Of a stretch of DNA of 64,000 nucleotides, positions 53,552 to 64,000 are shown piece after piece. The stretch spans positions 7,610,844-7,674,843 of the forward strand of contig CM082588.2 in assembly GCA_040954595.2 (NCBI GenBank), written 5' to 3'. Positions within the stretch are counted from its first letter, which is position 1, and each line of letters begins with the position of its first letter. Below the pieces are notes generated by a model. It worked only from the letters and a program-made list of their open reading frames with translations, was not told the DNA's origin and did no database searches. This stretch comes from Balanoglossus misakiensis (Eukaryota; Animalia; Hemichordata). The position numbers and the translations under genes were made by a program.

Positions 53552-56500
53552 TCATAAATCCGTTGTTTGAATTCCAACGCTTCTGTCAAAGGACATATCT
53601 TGGGTTGGGTTGTCGATTCCATTATTTGTATTTTCATACTTCGGCTGCTTCACCAAGTACTTTTTCTCAGCTCCTACATCAACTTCATTTGTCTGCCCCT
53701 TCTCAACAATTTGTCTCTCTGTTTTTCTACATATAAAACGGAATATAATAGAATAGAATAGTCTGAGAATAGGTTAAAATATTTACATAAAAAAGATCAA
53801 CGTTCAGCCTGTGTTGGTACACGTTTTCACGCCGTACCCTTACTTCATGTTGTTTGTTTATAAATATTACAATTCATCCACAAATCCCTGAAATTAGATC
53901 ATTCTTAGAATGAACGAAGCAGCCAACCGTAGTGTAGACTGGGCATGACAGCAACTGAAGAGCCTAGTAGGTCGTGGCGACTGCAGTGAGGTTTGTGCTG
54001 GTATGGGAGGACATATTCTCATCAAGGGGGACACTCGTGGCGACTGCAGTGGGGTTTGTGCTGGTATGGGAGGACATATTCTCATCAAGGGGGACACTCG
54101 TGGCGACTGCAGTGGGGTTTGTGCTGGTATGGGAGGACATATTCTCATCAAGGGGGACACTCGTGGCGACTGCAGTGGGGTTTGTGCTGGTATGGGAGGA
54201 CATATTCTCATCAAGGGGGACACTCGTGGCGACTGCAGTGGGGTTTGTGCTGGTATGGGAGGACATATTCTCATCAAGGGGGACACCCAGCGGCGCGTGG
54301 TATACATTTACCTTGTTCCAAACTGTTCTCCTTGTTCGATAGTCTCTGGCAACTGCTTATTTCTGGTTTCTGGGAGTAACAACACCAATATACCAGCAAG
54401 GATCGAGGTAGCTCCAAATATGATAATTGGCAAGGGCTCCCACAACTGGCCAATCAGAATCATTTGTGGCGCCAATACTCCTCCAATACGAGCACACATG
54501 GAGGACAATCCCATTCCAATTGTCCTTTCACAAGAAAAAGAAAATACGATAGAATAAGTAGACTTCGAGCAACAATTTCACAAAGTAAAACATAGCCTTG
54601 GCTGGAAAATTCACAAAGAGTAGAAAAAAAAAGTATTAATTATAACGTCGAATCAGAATTATCTATTCTTTAGGTCGTTTTAATCTAATAATCATACACC
54701 GAATCAATAGGGAGTTTTTACTCATAAAGTCAGATAGTGCGTGTACACAACACATTCAACGATCATTTTTATTTATATCCTTCGCCGTATTTTAAAATAA
54801 AAAAAGTGAAATGTGAATCGAAGCGTTTTAGGAAAGCTGTTGGTAGCTTCACAATATATAATTACGGCAACGGTGTTGTATGAAATTCTGTCAACATACG
54901 GCTGCCGAACCGGAATATCTCCTGAAACAAGGTACACCTCGGATAGTTTACCTCACGGGTGTTGGATAAATTTCCGCGGAGAAAAGATAGATGATGCCGA
55001 ATGCAGCTGCGATGCACATTTTGCCAAACATTGCCAGAGCTATTCCAATCCACTCCATTTCACCTAGAAATAAATCAATTTGAGAATTACGGGTTTATAT
55101 GAATGGTGGAGGTATTATAATATTAATATTGATATGTTTTCGCCAGACTTCGGCCAGAATAGACTCTTGAAAGGCGCCGTGAACAGAGCGTGACCAAAGG
55201 TTGACTCCAATGTGGGTCGCTCATATTCCACACGTCGCTCCCTGACCAAGGAACGAACGTACAGCATTCAATATTTCCAGTAAGCAACCAAAATTTATTC
55301 CACAAATATAGACACACATAGGGAACGACTACAAAGACCCCCCCACCACTTTGTAGGTTTAACGGAGAGGAGTAGGCCTCCAAAATCACCGTCTTCTACG
55401 GACCATATCACAACCACCACGGAACCGCACGGTTGTGCGTAACGAAATGAAATGAACCGCGTGGCATAAATTTGAGGGTCTTTTATAGTGCGTACCAGGT
55501 GGTTGGGATGCATATGTAAATTATCATGCGCAGAACATGTAGGATCAATAACCGATCAATAAAATGTCATTGAAAAGGGCTCCATTGAAACAAAAGAAAA
55601 CATCCCAAAAATTACAATAACCATTTACTTACATACAGGAGTAAAGAGAGTGAGAATGCAAGCAGCGCCCCCAATGATTTGAGTTATGAACATTGACCAT
55701 CGTCGACCAAGGATTGTTCCAGGCATATACAGGCCAAGCATATATGCCGGGATCTCAACTGAAGCAGAAATCAGTGCATTGATGTAGTCATCACCGCCAA
55801 GGTTAGAAGTGTTCAGTGAGAGACCGTAGTACACCAGGCTGTCTGTGAACCTGTGGAAACGTAAAGAAGCTTTATAAGCCCATGCCATTTTTTGTCCTCT
55901 TGTTTTTTTTACAGAGTGTGTCTACCCTTTCACCACCATGGTTCAGTCCAAACCCATTGTTTTCTATGGTAAGGTTGGACCTGTGAAGAGGGAACTGGGG
56001 TGAAAGGGTTAACGATTAAGAAGCATGTACACCTGTACATCTAGATTCAAGTTCAGTTGACATCTTACCAATTGTAGAAGATGATAAGGGATTTCTTCCT
56101 CATGTTGGGATATCGGAACAAGTCAACAGCACTGGCCTTTTCTTCATCTGTCTTTTCCTAAATAATGACAAGAGAACACAGATCTGACAAAATGGTTGTC
56201 TAGAGCTATGTCGACGTATACCAGGCCACAGGATAGACTATACTAGGTCATGTATTGTTGCAATACCACATTATGAATGAACTAATATTCATTAAGGTGT
56301 ATACGTCATGCCCTTGATTTCCAATCGAAATGTCTATCGTAGGGGCATTTTCAAACATTGCCTACTGTCGATTAAAAGACATTTGCACGGCGGCGAAATT
56401 TGCCAGTTTTCTGAACACATGGTAGTGGAAATTTGCACACGGGACTATACTGTCCCGCATGACGCGCAACGGGCTATTTGCATAATCTGCCCTACGTACA

Positions 56501-59500
56501 AAGCATGCTGCCTGCAGGATAGGCTAAAACATTTAAAAAATTAAAATGTGATGTACGATTAGGCGCGGCAGGTTACCACGCACTCTGTTGACGAATACTG
56601 CTCACCGAACGATATTCCACCTACCATTTTCTCCTCACCCTGTTTCAATTTCTCAAATATACTCTCAGGTACATGGGTACCATTTCCCTTTGCGAACTTT
56701 CTTATGACTTCTTCGGCCTTTTCAATCCTTCCAGTTGTTAGCAACCATCTTGGGGATTCTGGAATAATCCTATAAATGAGTGAAAGGAAAGTTAACAGAA
56801 TTTGAGATTGTTGGAAACCACAGACAGGATATTAGGCTCCGCCCACGAGCTCTAGGATCGAATTATTTTAATTTGTGATATACTATAACCAGACTGAGTG
56901 ACGCATATATATTAGAAACACTGAATAATTGACCGTGCAACTGTCGTCTGGCACGTTGTAGTTTATGTCAATCTAACACACAACGCGCCATTGGATAACA
57001 TTTAGCGCGCATAAATTAAAGACCGATTGTCATCCAATCAGCGCTCACGTCATATACAGCTTTGAAGTCAGTGAGAGTGTGGGAACGATTTGTTCTCACA
57101 CTCTGATCCCACACTCTAAGCATGCCAGGAGTGTGAGTGAGAATAAGCTTACCACCAATAAGACACAAACAGGATAGTGGGAACACTTATAACCAGCTGC
57201 AGAATCCACCAGTAGCGAATGAAGTAAGCCAGTGCAGCTAACGTCATGTAGCCAAAACTGAAGAAAAATTGTATTGCGATGCCAGCGAAAGCCCTCTTGG
57301 ACGGACCAACAATCTCGGTACCTACACAACCGAAGGTAAAAAAGACATAATTGATAAAAACCATAATTATGCGGTTTTTAATCATTTTGATATTAAAATT
57401 CATTCGTACGTAACATGAGTGAAATCATTTGGCAATATGTTTTATTTTGAGTAAGCATACTGTCATTACTACAATGTTCAAAATACCAGCAACAAATGCC
57501 AAACTAGCAACACCGTATTTCTTTGATGCCAGAGACACGTTATCTCTAAAATTGTAACAACGTCACAATTTAGTAGACAAAGAGGCGCCCCCATCCCAAT
57601 TGCGCAGTTGAAGTACGTGCGTGTTGAGAGAGACGTGTCGACTCGAACACGGACGATGAGAGTTGTTTAGCGTGTCGAACACTGCTCTACGAAGCTCGTA
57701 GTTACCTTCTGACCGGGACATTAAGGTACAACTTGCATGTGGTCTAGTTGAAGAGATCATGTTTTGTTTATAAAGATTCAAAAAGGGGAAAGGCCCTATT
57801 TTCATGAGTCAGCACATGAGAATGAAATGCCCAAATCTATCAACTTACCAATAACATAAGCAACAATATAATATCCATATGCCGTGGCGCCTATTATAAA
57901 ACGCAATGCAGAGTAGGCGATGATGTTCGGCGAAAAAGCACATGCTGTACCAGCGACAGACGCTCCCAAAACGGCCATCAAGAATGTTGGAGAACGACCA
58001 ATCCTACAACAGACAAAATAATTTTACATACCCCTATACCTGTACGCGTTCTGAGGTCGTATATACATATTGCCTTATTGTTTGCATACAACCGACGTAA
58101 TCTGTCTGTTGGCATAAGTATGTATGAGAATACGCCAATACTTGATAACAGTATCATGATCTGTCTGGCCACTAGGGTGGATGATTTCCAGGTTAAACAG
58201 TTTCGCAACAGTTGCCTGGTCAGGTAACTGACATTATATGCATTTACGTTTGATTAGAATCAGATAAAGTTCATCCCCAGCTGATCAAGAGATTCCCAGC
58301 ACTAATAAGTAGCCATCTATGGTTAAGTTAAATGCAAATGTCCAAAATGCACGACACTGACTTCATGAACTGAAAATGTATAGCAAGAAGTTAGTACAAG
58401 ACATTTTATGGTTATTTTAAGTGATTATGTTTATACTGATTATACAGATACTCACTTGTCAGCGACTGCGCCAAACACAACACCCCCGACGAGCACTCCG
58501 GCCATGAACATGGATGAAGACAGCGCCCCCAGATAGTAGCGATCGCAGACAAGATCAAACTATGGACACAAGAATGGGATGCTACAGTCAGGTGTCACGT
58601 TATTGCTTTGGAGACGTTTAAAGACACCACGTTGATAAAAAAAAGGTTTTTGTCTCACTGGCGTTTTGTTGCTACGTGCAGTACATCATGTGGTTTGTGG
58701 GAAATGGATGAAAAAATAAATCACTTTCACCCTTTTTTTCTTCTGGTTCTCTTACCGTCTGGAGAATTTTATTTAAAGGTGTATACAATTACCTAATGGA
58801 TGGAACTTTAGCTACAGTTACCATCCTAAACTTTTGAGAACTAGCCAATCACGGATATTAAATGGGTGGCACACGCGAAAAAAGAGCGCCACCATATGTT
58901 CTTTAGAACCCCCCAAAATGCGTCATTTCGGCCATATTTGGGCGTATGTAAATTGGAGGTGACTGTATACCTTGGGAAATAAACAGTGCGCAACATCTAT
59001 GCGCATACCAATATGGCTAATTCAAGTGCGTGTTATCATCTACATCAAACCAAACTGCAGCCATGCACGCTGAAGAAATCAGATTGTGCGCTTATCAAAT
59101 ACTGAACCTGGAATCGTTTTACTACTTGTAGATAACAGAGCTTGGTTATGGCAAGTTTAATCTGTACACGTTCACTAAATACACAGACGGTGCTATTAAC
59201 ACTCATGATATATGACCTAGAAAAAAACGCATATTCGTCATTTTTTAACCACAGCTATATAACGATGTGATAGTTCAGAAAAACTGAATTATTGGACAAG
59301 AGAACGTTATCACCTGACCAGCTTTGTTATGAGAACGTTCGATAAAATATGAACATGGCTCAAACAGCTACGAATGTGTCGAAGATGACGTCATTTAACG
59401 TAAAAGATTTGTCGGCACAAATTGGTTTCTGGTAATATAAAGCAATGGCGATGCATACTTTGATAAAAGTTTGTGAATGTTTCCCTCCCCCCCCAAGACT

Positions 59501-60077
59501 GTTGCCTATTTCTGAAACAAATATTTTGCGACATGTCACAATTGCAAACTTGCATGAAGTAAGGAAGTGTGGTAAGGATAAATAATTCTTTGCCCCATAA
59601 ATTTCTCCACAGCAGTTATCTTATATGACCTGAACCACATAACCGCAATAAACCCACCTGTTGAAAGACAGTTGACTTGTACTGAGAGCGGTCATATCGC
59701 CATCCGTGGTCACATTTCTTGGTTGTGTTCGTGTACCGGGTAATATCTTTGCCGGGATAGAAGTCGATCCCCGTGATGTCATAGCGATAACAATTACTGT
59801 GCACCAGACTCTTCCCGCAGGAATCGGAACTAGCTTCTAACGGCAGGGTGAAATTGTTGACCGCTTGGAGACAGACGTCTTGCGGATCTGTACAGTTGGT
59901 CTGGTAGTAGCTGAGTTCGGGAGCGTAACACCAATGGTCGGTCTCGGCGGCCAGGAACACCTGGGCTAAAAACGACTGTGCCACCACTAAGCATGTCAGA
60001 CAGAGGAGAAAATATCGAAGTTTTTGGTACGGTCCAAACTCCCCCACATACGCCAAAACATCATCAAACTTCAGCAT
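53552..60077 (-). CDS. SLC22-family organic cation transporter (Orct-like), paralog B, 10 exons, 599 aa
   Basis: Exons 60077-59658, 58559-58456, 58003-57849, 57321-57153, 56769-56625, 56157-56069, 55850-55633, 55063-54952, 54524-54312, 53726-53552. Exon sizes (420,104,155,169,145,89,218,112,213,175) mirror paralog A. Same SLC22 motifs. Ends ...GIQTTDL*. Confidence 0.95.
53973..54286. repeat. 63-bp minisatellite, 5 copies, in intron 9 of SLC22 paralog B
   Basis: Unit CGTGGCGACTGCAGTGGGGTTTGTGCTGGTATGGGAGGACATATTCTCATCAAGGGGGACACT starting at 53973, 54036, 54099, 54162 and 54225. Confidence 0.95.
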
Positions 60078-60522
60078 TTTCAACGATATTCAAGACTCGC
60101 TTAACCAATCCACTATATGATGGTGACTCAATATTTACCGTCTGACGTATTTTATAATGGGAGGGCGGGCTCCTTATACTTGAATTTTGATGTACAAACA
60201 TGTACACTGATTGTTGGAAAGTCGAAATATTGCAGGAAGCCGTCAATCATATTTACTAAAAGCACGTCACTTGAGGGCGCTGCAGTGGGGCAGGAATAAT
60301 GGTATTATAATAATCTCTTTTTTATACAGCGCATTACATAATACAATCTGAATGCTCTATGCAATGAGTTTAAAAAAAGGTGACAACAGTAAAGAAAAGA
60401 GAAATTGAAAGAGTCAAAAACTTTGCTAAAAACGTGTCAAGAAACGGAAAGTTATCTGAAGTGATGTCCCTGCGAGATCTCGCGTGGCTTGGCAGACTAT
60501 TTTCGTGAGACACGAGACAAAC

Positions 60523-60614
60523 CATAGACAGTAGAGGGGGGAAGGATTACAACAGACGTTGCACAAAGGACTTGCCGCAGAGACGCGTCCGTCTTCCCCC
60601 CTCTACTGTCTATG
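60523..60614. mobile_element. P-element-type MITE, 92 bp
   Basis: TIR CATAGACAGTAGAGGGGGGAAG...CTTCCCCCCTCTACTGTCTATG; perfect 7-bp duplication GACAAAC at 60516-60522 and 60615-60621. The superfamily call rests on the CAT terminus and TSD length. Confidence 0.7.
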
Positions 60615-61082
60615 GACAAACAACACAAGCATTAAACGGCACAAAAGTTACAACGTTGTAAACTGCAGCTGAAATAATTTCTCACACTGCTGATGGAATA
60701 ACTCTATAATATATATTTGCGTCGAAGTAAAATATAAACGTCTAAAGCTATATAATTACTGTTTATCATATTGATAAACTTGTTGACAACGGAAATATAT
60801 TGTCATGCGCAAACTCGACGAGATTGACAGAATTAAATCAGTGTGATTTTTTTGCTCATTGAAACGCCTTAAAAAGTTGTTTTTGAAAGGTTAAAGTGCA
60901 TTGCCCTTCTTCGAACGCACACGAAACACCTGGCCAATGGGCGCGCCTTGCAGTGTTGCGCGTTGGAAGTTCATTATTTGGCGACGTCACAAACGCGTTC
61001 TAGAACGAATTAGAAATTAGAATGTTTGGCAAGAGTGTGAACACGGCATACTTTACCTAACACTCCAACATACAACTTGACC

Positions 61083-61547
61083 ATGTTTTGTGTGTTTTTG
61101 ACCATTGCCTTGGCCTTGATGGTGCCTGGTGTGCCAATGGGTGATAGTGATTACTATGAGTGGTTGGATAGCCAACCAAGTACCAGTACCGGGATTTATG
61201 GCTTCCCGAACCACCACGTACTTCCTCCCATCCGAAAGTTCGACTCGGAGTCCGAAAGCGACGAGGAGCCGAACAACGACGACTCAGGTTGTTTCACAGA
61301 GAGTGTAGAGGCTCCGTACTTGCTGTTCTCCGACGAGGAGGACGAGGACGAGAAAAAGCGAAGAGGGAAAGGCAAAGGCAAGAAATCGGCCGACGTCGCC
61401 CAGAACAAAAACAACGAAGAGTCCACGAACCAGGTGCAGGACGAGGACGAAAAGCCGACTGGCTGTCTGCCGTGCTGTGGACGACGTCTCGTCCGGTGGT
61501 TGCTGAAGAAATTTGGGAGGAGGAGCGTGCGAGTGGGTCCACATTAA
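61083..61547 (+). CDS. Intronless orphan protein, 154 aa: hydrophobic N-terminus, acidic middle, basic and Cys-containing C-terminus
   Basis: ATG at 61083 (ttgaccATG). The ORF is GC-rich against an AT-rich background. CCAAT (~60934) and a CRE-like GACGTCA (~60983) lie upstream. AATAAA at 61625-61630 is followed by a GT-rich element. No family recognised. Confidence 0.65.
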   Translation: MFCVFLTIALALMVPGVPMGDSDYYEWLDSQPSTSTGIYGFPNHHVLPPIRKFDSESESDEEPNNDDSGCFTESVEAPYLLFSDEEDEDEKKRRGKGKGKKSADVAQNKNNEESTNQVQDEDEKPTGCLPCCGRRLVRWLLKKFGRRSVRVGPH

Positions 61548-63344
61548 GAACAGTTGACGACTCCACGTGACTGGACCCCTGCCTTTCACTTAATATATTT
61601 TATCATTTCATTTCTCCTTTTATAAATAAACATTTCAAAAAGTACATAGGCTTGTTGTTGTGCAATGTTTATTGGAATGTGTTCTGTTGTGTTCAACTTT
61701 GATGCAAGTGGTCGGCACTGGATTATAACAATCCCTCTAACTGCAGTCCACTCTCATCACGACCCTGTCTTATTCTCCATGAACATGGATAACACGAATA
61801 TCTAATATCAAATATCTCATGCATACCCTTCTAAATTATCAAACGTTCGCGAGACTTACTTCGGAAGTCTTCTTTGTTTTTGTTTTCTATACCCATGACA
61901 ACATTTATATGGTTTGGAGTTCGTTTCTATTAATGACAAGTATTGTTTGGCTATATGGCACGGAACCAACAAGATTAAGCAAACTTACTGAACAGGGCTG
62001 GTGACATTAACGCGTTTGAAATCATAACCATTTTGACTACCCCGTCATCTCATCGGTTGTTACAAGCCTTACAAAGTATCGCGGTATTGTATCTCTCGCG
62101 AATAACCCCTCACACTTTCCACCCGTACACAAACAATCTCTGACGTTATCCGATGCTTGGCACTAGCCAAAGACAAATACTACCAGGTTTGGCTAGCAGA
62201 CCTGACTATTGGTTAGTAGTTTCTAAACACATGCTTGTCTGTATTGTCTCTGCTGATACTCGCCCAGCAATAACAGCAGATCACAATGCAATTTCCCTGA
62301 AGATATAGTTGTTCCAAAATATCAGGGAACCAGATTACTGGATATTCCACACAAGTTTATTAAAATACGAAAATTACAAAAAGTTAATTAGACAGTGGGG
62401 TAATTACGGATACAACTGAACGGAACAAAGATACGTGTGATACCAGAAAACTGCTTTAGATGCATAGAGTCTCTTATCTAGACTGAAAGGACATTGTCGG
62501 AGCGCCCGCACAGGACTGAATCTTTCAGTGTAAAGAGTCTCTGGCGCGTTGGCTTAATGCCTTGATCTCCATCCCCAACACAACAAACAAACACTTTTTT
62601 TTAAGTGGACAAAAATAGTCAACCTTTGAGCAAAATTTTGAAATTATCTGGCAATTTTATTAGTAAAGCTACTTATTATAAACGATATAAAATTAGACAC
62701 TCTACATTATAGTGATTTGAATAAAATAACAAAAACAAAAAAAATACTAACGTGAAGTATAAAATTTGGATCCCAAACACAAATTTGGTGCAGAGTATAT
62801 ATATATATGTGCAGTCAATATTCACACTCACACCAATATGCATCGTGGTTTCCAAAATATGAAATTAAGGATTTATACGATCGGTAAAGTTGAATGCAAT
62901 GCCACTTGTTACAATTGCGAATTTGAAGATTCTCCTAAAAATGTGGTATCAAACTAATATTTAAAATAGAGCTCACAATGCTAGACTACAGCCACGAAAA
63001 ATAAAATGCCGCGCGCGGGAGAATGTCCGCCATTTAAAATGAAACATGGTGACAGCACGATTGTTTAAAAAGCCTATATGCAAAATTTAATTCAAATGAC
63101 AAAAGAAGCGTCTTTGTCAATTTTCGATGTGATGTTATCGAAAGCGACAGTTCGACCTTGTTGTATATCTTTGAACATTTCTTCATACACATTTAGGTTG
63201 AAAATGTGCGATCACTTTCAGTCGAATAAGAACCGTTGGCCTGGCGGAAGATTACTGGCGAGCTTCTACGAAACATCTAGGACTACTTGCAAACTTCAGT
63301 GAAGTTAAAGCAGCGTGTTTCAGCCTTTCAAAGTCTATCATTAA

Positions 63345-63565
63345 AGGGAAGCGGTCGTCGCGCCGCATTTGTTTGTCTATAAACATTACAATTCATCCAC
63401 AAATCCCTGAAATTAGATCATTCTTAGAATGAACGAAGCAGCCAACCGTAGCGTAGACTGGGCATGACAGCAACTGAAGATCCTAGTAGGTCGTGGCGAC
63501 TGCAGTGGCGGGAGGAAATATTCTCATCAAGGGGGACACCCTCGCGGCGCGACGACCGCTTGCCT
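63345..63565. mobile_element. Second Kolobok-type MITE family member, 221 bp
   Basis: TTAA|AGGGAAGCGGTCGTCGCGCCGC...GCGGCGCGACGACCGCTTGCCT|TTAA. Its interior matches 53850-54297. Confidence 0.8.
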
Positions 63566-63667
63566 TTAACATTTCTGAACCTTTTGAATTGTCCATAACT
63601 ATACATGTACACAATGTAGTGTCCAGCGCACATTGTCGAAGCACGAAGCTTTGTCGAACTGCATATT

Positions 63668-64000
63668 CTATGCATTAGCGGCAGCAGCATTGCTGTTCAC
63701 TCTCTCATTATCGTCCCACGGATCAGCTGTAGTCAAGGGACTTCTCTCAGACGGCGCCGCCGATCGCGAGTCCGAATAGTCCCACGTCATTGACACGTTG
63801 TCGTATTCCCCGCCACGGTGACGTCGACGGTAGCTGATGGTGCCGATCGCTACAAGCATGACAACCACCAAGACCCCGGCCACGATGATGCCGGCGAGTG
63901 CGGTCACAGACAAGTGGTTGCCAGTGCTGGTCTGCTCGTCGAAGTTGACGTCATCTGGGGCATTGGGGTTGTATGGCCCGTCTGGCTCATCAAAATCATC
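63668..64000 (-). CDS. 3' end of a single-pass membrane protein; gene continues beyond the right edge
   Basis: Open frame from 64000: acidic stalk DDFDEPDGPYNPNAPDD, TM segment ALAGIIVAGVLVVVMLVAIGTISY, stop-transfer RRRHR, cytosolic tail with EYDNV, stop at 63670-63668. Confidence 0.8.
   Translation of the reverse strand, partial: DDFDEPDGPYNPNAPDDVNFDEQTSTGNHLSVTALAGIIVAGVLVVVMLVAIGTISYRRRHRGGEYDNVSMTWDYSDSRSAAPSERSPLTTADPWDDNERVNSNAAAANA

Noticed and set aside
53894-54557. Repetitive ORFs in several frames (mucin-like 21-aa repeats) and a possible CRISPR-like array
   Set aside because: A 63-bp stop-free tandem repeat inside an intron, with identical units and no unique spacers. It derives from a MITE and the context is eukaryotic.
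60996-61020. Heat-shock element (TTCTAGAA) upstream of the orphan ORF
   Set aside because: Only two nGAAn units in register, too weak to call.

Overview
Eukaryotic, AT-rich, intron-rich animal DNA. The gene and repeat content suggests a marine invertebrate, possibly a deuterostome; the species cannot be determined. Five genes were assembled by hand from splice sites and reading phases. (1) A minus-strand gene of at least 12 exons (41360 to 45, continuing off the left edge) encodes a Raf-type Ras-binding domain, a complete Dbl-homology (RhoGEF) domain and an ARHGAP20-type PH domain. (2,3) Two complete 10-exon SLC22 organic cation transporter paralogs lie tail-to-tail (44265-52101 +, 60077-53552 -) and share patchy near-identity suggestive of gene conversion. 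(4) An intronless 154-aa orphan ORF lies at 61083-61547. (5) The 3' end of a single-pass membrane protein lies at the right edge. Introns carry many non-autonomous DNA transposons (piggyBac-type, Kolobok-type, TA-flanked, Harbinger-, hAT- and P-type, one Helentron-type), two long hairpins with a shared GA/GCA/GA core, a MITE-derived 63-bp minisatellite and microsatellites. No rRNA, tRNA, CRISPR array or transposase ORF was recognised. The most promising leads are the RBD-DH-PH(ARHGAP20) architecture with candidate internal first exons, the orphan ORF, the hairpin elements, and the LC8/PDZ-type SLC22 tails.
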